Source: Cyanophora paradoxa CCMP329 (Eukaryota; Plantae; Glaucophyta). From it: a stretch of DNA of 64,000 nucleotides. A program made the position numbers and the translations under genes. A model generated the notes under the pieces. It was not told the DNA's origin, did not search any database, and saw nothing but the letters and a program-made list of their open reading frames with translations. Positions 55,601 to 64,000 of this stretch are shown here, one piece after another (the stretch's first letter is position 1; each line of letters begins with the position of its first letter). Location: NCBI GenBank assembly GCA_004431415.1, contig QPMI01000010.1, positions 124,001 through 188,000 on the forward strand, given 5' to 3'.

Positions 55601-58600
55601 CGAGCGGGTTGTACGCCCCTGCGGCCCATCGTTAGACTGCGATTCAATCCTCCGTCGATGCCAGCTCGCGCTGACCTGGCCCTGGTCCCGTGTCGCTGGC
55701 GCCTGGGTCGGCCGTCCTGTGCGCCATGCTGAACGCGGGCCCGGGCGACGGCGCTCCGACCGCGTATGCGCCGGGGCCCGGCACGACCTCCTTCGACGCT
55801 GGGTCCGGCGCCTTTCCGAGCAGAGTGTACGCGGGCGTGCCGGGCCTCTCGAGCGGGTTGTACGCCCCTGCGGCCCATCGTTAGACTGCGATTCAACCCT
55901 CCGTCGATGCCAGCGCGCGCTGACCTGGCCCTGGTCCCGTGTCGCTGGCGCCTGGGTCGGCCGTCCTGTGCGCCATGCTGAACGCGGGCCCGGGCGACGG
56001 CGCTCCGACCGCGTATGCGCCGGGGCCCGGTACGACCTCCTTCGACGCCGGGTCGCCCGCCTTGCCCACGAGAGTGAACGCCGGAGCCCCGCTCTTGTCG
56101 TTCGGGTTGTACGCCCCTGCGGCGTCGGCGTAGCCGCTTTCGACGACGCGCAGCAAAAGCGGGGCACGCGAGAAGCCGGCCCGTACCTGGCCCTGGCCCC
56201 GGCTCCTGCGCCCCTTGCACCGGAGACTTCCCGCGCATCGTGTAAGCTGGCGTGTCCGGCCCCATTCGCGTGTCGTAGGCCCCTGCACGCTGTGAGGGCG
56301 AGCTCTGACGCCAGCGCCTGCGGGAGCTGTGGGGTACCTGGCCCGGGGGACGCGTCTGCGGAGGCGGCGGCGGGGTCGGAGTGCCTCCCGATGAGCGTGA
56401 AGGCAGGTACGCGGGGCGCCGGCGCCGGCCTGCGCGCGCGCGCAAGTCAGACCGCGCGGCGCGGCGCGGCGCGGCGGTAGGCGGCTCGCAGAGCGGAACG
56501 CACGCGTATGCGCCGGGGCCCGGGCCCGTGTCGGTACCCCCCGGGTGCGCGGTCTTCGGGCGCATGCTGAACGCCGGGCCGCCGGCGCGGACGCCCTCCG
56601 AATTGTACGCGCCTGCGGCGGAGAGGGGGCTTGGGAGCGCCCGGGCGGATCGGCGAGGCCTGCAGAGCCGGCCCCCCGCACCTGGTCCGGGCGAGGTGTC
56701 GGCTGGGGCCGACTTGGCCGACGTAGGCCGCCGCCCGATCAGCGAGAAGGCGGGGGTAGACCCGGGGCGCGCCGGCGTGTACGCCCCTGCGCGCGCGCCC
56801 GTCAGCCGACGGCGAGGCGGGCCGGACCCGAAGTGGCGTGCGCATGCACCCGGGCCCGGGCCTCCGTCCATCGAGGCGCGGAGAGAGGCCGGCCGGCCGC
56901 CGCCCATGCTGAAAGCTGGGCCGCTGGAGCCGCCCGGCGCGTAGGCGCCCGGCCCCGGCCCCTCGTCCGAGCCCGCGCTGCGGTATGTGCGCCCCACGAG
57001 CGAGTACGCCGGCGACTGCGGGCGGCTCTTCGAGTCGTAGGAGCCGGGACCAGGGCTGACGGCCGGGGGTACAGTCGGAGATCGAATGGGAAGAGAAGCG
57101 AAGGGGTACGCACCCATAGTAGACGGTCGAGCCGGCCGAGTCGGGGCGGTACCCCCGGCGGCGGGCCATGGAGTACATGGGGCCACCCAGCGGGAGGCGA
57201 AGATCGTACGCTCCTGGGGGTACGGCATTACGGCGTGACGGACGAGAACGGCCCCGCGGGGATTCGAACCCGGGCCGGGCGTGGTCCCGTCGCGGTCGCC
57301 GCCGGCGCCGCCGGTCCGGCCCTGCAGGCTGAAGCCCTTCTTCGGAGAGCCCGCCGCCGCAGGGTTGTACGCGCCTGCCGAGAAGAGATCAGTCCCTCGG
57401 GGGTACGCGGCGCCGGCGGGGGTACTGCGGCACCGGGACCAGGGCCGCCGTCCTCCTGTTCGATTCGGCCGTTGGCGGACTGGGGGCGGTTGCGGATCGT
57501 GTACGAGGGCCCCCCTACCCCCCCGTTGGGCCTGCGCGAAGGCACCTCAGGAGAGATCCTCTGCAGGGAGGGGGTACGTGCGCAAACGCACCCGTAGGCC
57601 CCCGGGCCCGGATCGCCGTCCTCCTGGGAGCCCTGGGGGTACTTCCCCGGCATGCTCCAGGCCGGTGCCGCTTCCTGCCGGACTCTTGTTAGCTCTGTCA
57701 AGCTTTAATAGCGCTTCTTGTTATGAGCTTATTAGCTTATTAGCTTGTTGAAGAGCGGACCTTATCAGGGAACAGGTTCTTGCGGGGCTCGGGGGCCGCC
57801 GCCCCGCGCCGCGCCCCAGCGCTCGCCGACTGCGGCCGGCGGGCCGGCCCGCCCGTGCCGGCGCCCGGGCCGGCCTGCCGCGCCGCGCGTGGCGGGTTGT
57901 ACTCCTTTCGCCCGTCCGAGGCCCCGCGGTTCGCGATGGGGCCCGGCCTGCCCGACCGGAACGACCCGCCCCGGCTCGCTCGCGCCCGCGGGGAGGAAGG
58001 GTGGGGAAGGGCGGGCAAGGACGCACCGGTCGCGCCCGGGGATTCGCCCCCGCTCCCGCCCCGCCGCTGGGGTCGCCTGCGCCGCCGCCGGCGGCGGCGA
58101 CGCGGCGCGCGGCGGCCCCGACGCGCGCTTGCGCCACGGCGTCTGCCGCCTCTGGCCCGTACTCCACTGCGAAGGAGGTAGCCCGCGATCGATCAGAAAA
58201 GGGGGAGGTACGACGGAGCGAGAGGGAGGCCCGCGCACCCGATGTGACGGCCGCGACCGCGACGACGGGCCGGCCCGCTCCCGCGCCCGAAGCTGCGGGC
58301 GAGCCGCGCCGCCGCGTCGCCCTGCGGCGCCCGCCCGCCGTAGAGCCGCTGCAGCTCCTGCTTGAGGCGGCCCACGGCAGACGCCGAAGACCCGGCGGAG
58401 GAGGACGAGGAGACGGAGGCCGTGTCCGAGAAGCGGCGGCCGGCCGCCGAGGGCGGCCGCGGGCCCGCCGCGTGGCCGGGCGCCCCTCCCCCTCCTCCCC
58501 CGCCCTTGGCAGCCTCCAGGGTCTTCATGAGGCGGGCCTTGAGGCCCGGCGGCGAGGCGAGCTGCGCCCGCGCGTGCGCGAAGCCCGCCGCGGCGAGCTC

Positions 58601-59400
58601 GGCGAACACGGCCTGCGCGTGGAATGAGCGACCGGGGGGTACGCGAAGCAACGCGGGGCGCGCCGCGGCGTTGGGGTCCGCCTCGGTGCGGCAGACGGTG
58701 GAGCCTGAGCCGGCGTAGGACGGGGCGTTGGAGGAGCGGCCCGAGGCGCTGGAGCGCGCGTCCTCTCCCTCGTCCTCCTCGGCCGGACCCGAGGCGAGCC
58801 GCTCGTCGAGGAGGGCGGCCGCGGCGCCGGCGGCCTGGGCGAGCCCGCGGTCGGCGGCCGGCGAGGGCGGGAAGCTGTACTCCACCGCGTGCATGCGCGA
58901 CCCGCGCTGGAAGGCGCGCCTGCGCGGGGCGGGCGGGTTGGGTGGCGCTGGCGGGCGGGCGGGCGCGGCGGCGGACCAGAGGTCGATGTGGCGGAGCTCG
59001 CGACCCTGTATCACCCGCGCGCGGACGCCGGTCCACGACGGGAACCACGAGGTGACCGAGTCCTGCGGGCGCCTTGAGCGGCCGGCGCTCGGAATTCGCA
59101 CCGCGGGGCTGCGCTCGGAGGCACCTTGAAGTAGGGGTCGCAGGCGACGATGCGCACGCGGGAGCGGAGAGGCTGCTGGTCGTTGAGCGCCTTGATCCCC
59201 TCGGTCGCCGCCGTGAGCACCACGCGCGAGGCCGGGCCGGTGCAGACGCCGGAGAAAGTCTGCGCCGGGTGGCCCGGCCTGGAGAGGATCGCCGTCCAGG
59301 CTCCCACGCCCGCTCCAGCATCGCTCGAGCACACGCCAGCGACGTGGATCACCGCGAGAGGCAGCGTGGCTGAGCCCGAGCCTGCAGGCTGGTCCGCCAT
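43636..59400 (-). CDS. Giant SHIPPO-repeat (ODF3/STPG-like, PGPGxY) protein, roughly 4000 aa, with an apparent N-terminal inactive RNase H domain
   Basis: About 110 repeats of 32 aa with pattern PGPGAY...PA[FY][ST][MLI]. Last exon ends ...TPGPGFYWP-stop at 43636. ATG at 59400 begins an RNase HI-like domain. The linker splice path at about 57950-58350 is ambiguous. Confidence 0.8.
43963..49530 (-). repeat. Tandem block A: 22 units of about 248 bp (192-nt exon + 56-nt GT-AG intron)
   Basis: Period 244-248 bp. First intron at 44155-44210 (GTGCGG...GCGCAG on the minus strand). Exon peptide GAYNPQERPTTPSYTIVG...SDVSPGP. Confidence 0.95.
49531..55120 (-). repeat. Tandem block B: 22 units of 252 bp (192-nt exon + 60-nt in-frame GT-AG intron)
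   Basis: Exact 252-bp period over most of the block. Intron e.g. 49579-49638 with TTGAC branch site. Exon peptide GAYNPNDKSGAPAFTLVG...TDLSPGP. Confidence 0.95.
55121..56116 (-). repeat. Tandem block C: 4 units of 249 bp (192-nt exon + 57-nt stop-containing intron)
   Basis: Introns GTCAGC...CTAAC...CCGCAG starting at 55121, 55370, 55619 and 55868. Exon peptide GAYNPLERPGTPAYTLLG...SDTGPGP. Confidence 0.93.
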
Positions 59401-59670
59401 CGTGGCGGCGGGCCCAGGCGGCTCTCCCAATGCACTCAGACACTAGGATGCGCGGTGCTCAGTTCAGAACCGGTCAGAGATCCCTCCAGCGGGGTCCAGC
59501 GCCTCAGCTCCGGGCCACGCGCTCACTAAGCGAGGCCGTCCAGCGAGCAGCTGATCTCGTGCCACCTGCTTCCAGAAAAAGATTGCACCAGGGCCGTCTG
59601 TCGGGTTGAGCAGGCCACGACTTGAGCCTCTGTACCCGTCCTTGCAAAGAAAAAAAGCACCGGCCTAGCG

Positions 59671-62600
59671 ATGGCGGACAGCGACGACGAAGGAGCGGAG
59701 CAGGTAGCGGCACAGGCGAACAAGGAGCGGATCTTCTATGGCTCCATCGAACTTCAGGAGCGGCAACGAAGACAGGAGGCGAGCGTCCACGCGAGCTTCC
59801 CGCGCGCTTCGACGCATCCGCGGGACGCGTTCGTTGACTGGCGGGCGCGACGCAGGCCGCTGGTGGAGGGGGCGATGGCGAGGGCGTGTCGCCCCCGCCG
59901 GCCGCCTTCGACCAGCAGATGGCCGCAGCGAGGGCAGCGGGCAACATCAACTACGCCCCCGCAGGTCCGATGGCGCGATGCCGCGGCCGTCCCTCCCGCG
60001 GCCGACCGACCGCGCTTCTCTCTCAGAGGCCGAGACCATGGAGCTTGACTTGAAGAGCCAGGCGAGCATAGAGAAGCACAAGATGCTCATGGACCAGCTG
60101 GATCAGCAGAAGCGCGCGCGATCGCTGTACGTGCCTACGAACGACGCGGAAGTGCGGAAGCGGCTGCGGGAGCTAGAAGAGCCGATGACGCTCTTCGGAG
60201 AGGGGGTGCGACCGCCCGCCGAGCCCCGCTCGCACGCAGCGGCTGACGCGGCGGCAGCCCGGGGAGCGGAGAGACCGTCTCAAGGCCATTCTTGTCCGGA
60301 TGCACCCGGAGGCGGCCGCGCAGATCACGGGGGCGGTCGGCATCGCGCCGCCGCCGCCCGGCAAGGGCCGCGCGCAGGAGATTGAACCCAAAGAGCCCAC
60401 CGTGAGCGCCGGCCCGGGCGCCCGCCCGCCCGCCCGCTGCCGCCCCGCCCACCGCCCCGCCCTCAGAAGGTCGAGCTTTTCTACACGCCCGGCACGGAGG
60501 ATCTCAAGCGCGCGCGTGTGGAGATTGCGAACTGGTCCCTGCCTCGGTACCCTCCCCTCCTTCCCCCCCCCCCCTCGCCCTCCCCCTCCCCTTCCCCCCC
60601 GCTCTGCTCAGCGCGGATCGCAGCGCGCAGAAGCGGATCGTCAAGCGGCGGAAAGAGCTGGAGACCCCGGGGTACTACGTGGAGGAGAAGGAGCGCTACA
60701 CGCAGCTGCACGCCCAGCTCAAGGTGCGTCCGTCGGCCCCGTACCCCCCTTTCTCCTGGACCCAAGGCTGACTGGGCGGGCCCGGCCCCGCGCAGCACAT
60801 GTCGAACATATCCAGCCAGATCGGGGACGACCGTGCGCTCCCTCTACGCTCCCGCTCACTCCCTCTGCCCCTCTCACTCTCTTTCTTCGCAGGCCCGCTC
60901 TCCTGCTGCGCCCTCTCGCCGGACGACCGCCTCGTCCTCACGGGCTCCTGGTCCACACTCATCAAGGTGCGGGGGGGGCGGGGCTAGGCGCCTGGGGCGA
61001 GGCCAGCCAGAGGGGGCACGGGTCCGGGCGTCCGTCCAGGCCACGGGGTGGAGGGGCTAGAGGGGACGCCCGCCGCCCGCCCGTCTCCAGGGGGGGGGTT
61101 ACTCTCCGCTCTCCCGCCGCCCTTCTTCTCACCTTAGAACCGCCTCGCCTAGCTCCCTTCTTCTTCTTCTTCTCACCTAGCGCTGCGCTGCGCTGCGCTC
61201 GCCTGCCGCCGTCGCCCTTCTCCTTCTACTCACCTTGGACCCGCCTCGCCCCGCCCCGCCCCGCCCCGCCCAGGTATGGGACCGTGACACGGTGGAGCGG
61301 AAGGCGACCTTCAAGGGTACGCGCGGCGACCCTCTCCCTCGCCCCCTCTCTCTTTCGCCTCTGACTCTCTTTCCTTCCGCCTCCCCACAGGCCACAAGGA
61401 GCGCGTGATCGACGTCGCCTGGCACCCCTCGGCCTCCTCCTCCTCCATAGAAGCCGACCCGGCCGCTATGATGGACACGGGGGAGGGCGCCCCCTCCACG
61501 GTGGCCTTCGCCTCGTCCTCGGCGGACGGAACGGCTCGACTCTGGAGCCTGGGCAAGACCACGGACATCGGGGTCCTCGAGGGCCACGCCGACCGCCTCG
61601 GCTCGCTGGGCTTCCACCCCTCCGGCCGCTTCCTCGCCACCGCCAGGCGCGCTTGTACCCCGCCCTTCTTTCCTCCCCCCCTCCCTCTCAGCTTCTTCTT
61701 CTTCGTTCGCAGCTTCGACAAGACGTGGCGCCTGTGGGACGTGGAGACGCGGAAGGAGCTGCTGCTCCAGGAGGGACACTCCCGCGCCGTCTACGGCATC
61801 GCCTTCCACCCGGACGGATCCCTCGCCGCCTCCAGGTTGCTCCTGTTCTCCTGTACCCCTCTTGGGTCCGGCGCCCCGAGGGCTCAGCGGCGCCGCGCCC
61901 CGCAGCGGCCTGGACTCGATCGTCCGATGCTGGGACCTCCGCACGGGCAAGTCCGTCCTGACTCTCGAGGCGCGTACCCCCCCGTTCCGCGCCTGTACCC
62001 TTCCTCGCCCGGCCCGAGCCGTCGGTCGCGCAGGGCCACGTCAAGCAGGTCATCTCTGTCGACTTCAACCCGATGGGGTACCCCCTCGGCCTTCCCCCCC
62101 CCCGCCGCTGCAAGCTCGCCCCCGACGCGACGCGTACCCCCCCGCAGGTGGTTGCTGGCCAGCGCCTCGGATGACCACACCGTACGCATCTGGGACCTCC
62201 GCAAGCAGGTGCCGCCTGTACCCCCCGCTGCCGCACCCTGTACCCCGGCTGACGTTCGGGGGTACGCAGAAAGCGAAGTACACGATCGCGGCGCACACGG
62301 CCCTCATCTCGAAGGTCAAGTTCCAGGTTCGGGTCCCCGCGGCCGCCCTTTCCGCGCCCCGGCTAGCTAAGGGCCCGCCCGCCCAGCCCGAGCACGGCCA
62401 GTACCTCGCGTCCTCCTCCTACGACGGGACCGTGAAGACCTGGTACCCTTCTTTCTTCCCCCCTCCTCCTCCCGGCCCCGCCCGGCCCGAGGTCCTTCCG
62501 CAGGGCGCCCGATCACCTTTACGACAATTGGACCCTCCTCCGGACCCTGGCCGGGCACGAAGGGAAGGCGCGTACCCCCCCCCCCGCTCTCTGCCCGCTT

Positions 62601-62815
62601 TTCGCGGTTTTGAATAGCTTACCCCCCCCCCCCTTCCACAGGTCATGTCCGTGGACGTGGCGCGGAGTGCGGCCGCCCCCCAACTCGCCTTCCCGTACCC
62701 CTCCGCCGCCACTGACGCGCGTGTACCCCTCCCAGGGACGGACCACGTGGTGTCGTGCTCGTGGGACCGGACGTGGAAGATCTGGGCGCACGAGGCGGAG
62801 TTTCTCAAGGCGTAG
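59671..62815 (+). CDS. PRPF4: U4/U6 snRNP protein Prp4 (SFM/PRP4 motif + WD40 repeats), about 18 introns
   Basis: [81 protein letters not shown] and SWDRTWKIW. Stop TAG at 62813-62815. Confidence 0.96.
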
Positions 62816-64000
62816 GGGTACAAGATATGCTGTGGAGGCGGAGCGGCGGCCCCCTACCCCACCTCCTACCCCTGCTCCGCCAGCTTCGGCTCTGTCGCGA
62901 CCAATGGAAGGGAAGGCGGGCAAAGCGAAAGCCTTGCGAGCCGCGCGCGCTAGAGCGGCCATCGCCGGCTTCCAGTGGGAAGCTCATGCCCGGAGGTAGC
63001 CAGCCCCCGGCCCCGCGGCCTGCGCGCGTCCACGCTATGCGAGCGTGTGTCGAGCGGGATTGGCGAGCACGTGCACCTGGGCGGCTAGGCCCCGTGACGC
63101 GGCGCACGGGGCGAGACCGCGAGGGTCCGATCACGAAGGGGGCACGCGGCACGCCGGCGGCGCCGCGGCGCCGGATCGGACTCCGGGACACCGACTCCCA
63201 CGGAGTCCCACCTCCGATTCCCTTCACTGCCCCCGCTGACGTGATCATCATTCATGACTGACCGCCATTGACCGGCCCACCGGGGGCTCGAAATTTCATT
63301 GCTGGAATAACCGAGGCGGCTGCGCTGCCTGCGCACCGTGGCACGCGAGCGTGCACGTGCGCGTGCGGTGCTAGCTACTAGGGGCTATAGCGCTGCACGC
63401 GCGGGCCGCGCCGGCGAGGCGGTTCAACTTTGGCAATTGCGCCGCGGTTGTGCACACTGCACAGAGATCGTCAACGTCGATCGTCGACGTCGACCAAATC
63501 GATTCCCGCGCGGTCGCAGACGGGTACGCCGATTCGGAGCATTGCGATAGGGGAACTTGGTGCATCGTTCCGCTGGCAGCTGCGCAAGCCTGCAGCCGCC
63601 GCGCCGCGTCGATCCGGTCCGCGAGCTGCTGGTTACAATGGCTTTCGGCCGGTTGCATGCACGCGGATGAGCTGTTGGCTCGATCAGATCTTTCGGAAAT
63701 CTATCTTCAAGAGCTCGAGTTGAGCGCACGCGCGCACGCGGCAGCAGCGGCGCGTACGCTCTGTCACAGTGTGAATCGTCACTTAGCTGGCGCTCGCACA
63801 CGGCACGCGCATTCGTAACCGCAGTCGCGTGTCAGATAGCAGCAGCTCGCGGCGGGCCGCGGCCTGAACAGCAACCGCATTGTCGGAGCTCAGCAATTCC
63901 GACGCGGCGGCAGTGGCGCGAGCCGCGATAGCAACTCGTGACGACGGCGCGCTCGCTCCAAGATGTGCCGCGGGTCGGATTTCGCCTCCGCCGCTTTCGT

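Noticed and set aside
43963-56116. CRISPR array, satellite DNA or Introner transposons
   Set aside because: There are no unique spacers or cas genes. The units are coding with fixed 192-nt exons, and identical introns occur only at the homologous codon of tandem units, so duplication explains them.
58815-59400. RNase H as part of a retrotransposon
   Set aside because: No RT, integrase, gag or LTRs nearby. The domain has spliceosomal introns and the basic-protrusion region of cellular RNase HI.
62816-64000. Possible gene(s) at the window end; a 14-nt match (tcatcattcatgac) between about 63245 and the kinase start near 26530
   Set aside because: No recognisable domain or convincing splice path. 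A single 14-mer is not enough to claim paralogy.

Overview
GC-rich, gene-dense nuclear DNA of an intron-rich unicellular eukaryote. It is most likely a glaucophyte such as Cyanophora, inferred from an MAFV-type plastid transit peptide and short 50-80 nt introns; this is not proven. The ORF track is mostly misleading because exons are short, so I spliced the genes by eye. About 18 protein genes: DAP3/mS29 (5'-partial), an HMG-box factor, a tetraspan membrane protein, a plastid PDZ protein, VMA21, a MORN-pseudokinase, an NHE8-like exchanger, a WSC protein, an F-box/LRR protein, a TKL-like kinase, a hypothetical protein, a type I membrane protein, UBA1, a PRELI protein, Nup58, POLE3/DPB4, a giant SHIPPO-repeat protein and PRPF4. 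Most striking observations: (1) a 15.8-kb gene that appears to join a catalytically dead RNase HI domain to about 110 PGPGxY (SHIPPO) repeats, encoded largely by 49 tandem exon+intron units with symmetric 192-nt exons; (2) a duplicated C/D-box snoRNA in a UBA1 intron that is antisense to U6; (3) alternative UBA1 first exons, one with an NLS and one apparently CUG-initiated with an MGSCC acylation motif; (4) about 40% GC-AG introns in UBA1; (5) a sense-strand intronic GTACCCC motif that appears only about 0.9 kb into some genes; (6) long introns built from duplicated splice junctions with TAG/CTA-rich decay. Exon boundaries and counts are manual and unverified by transcripts.
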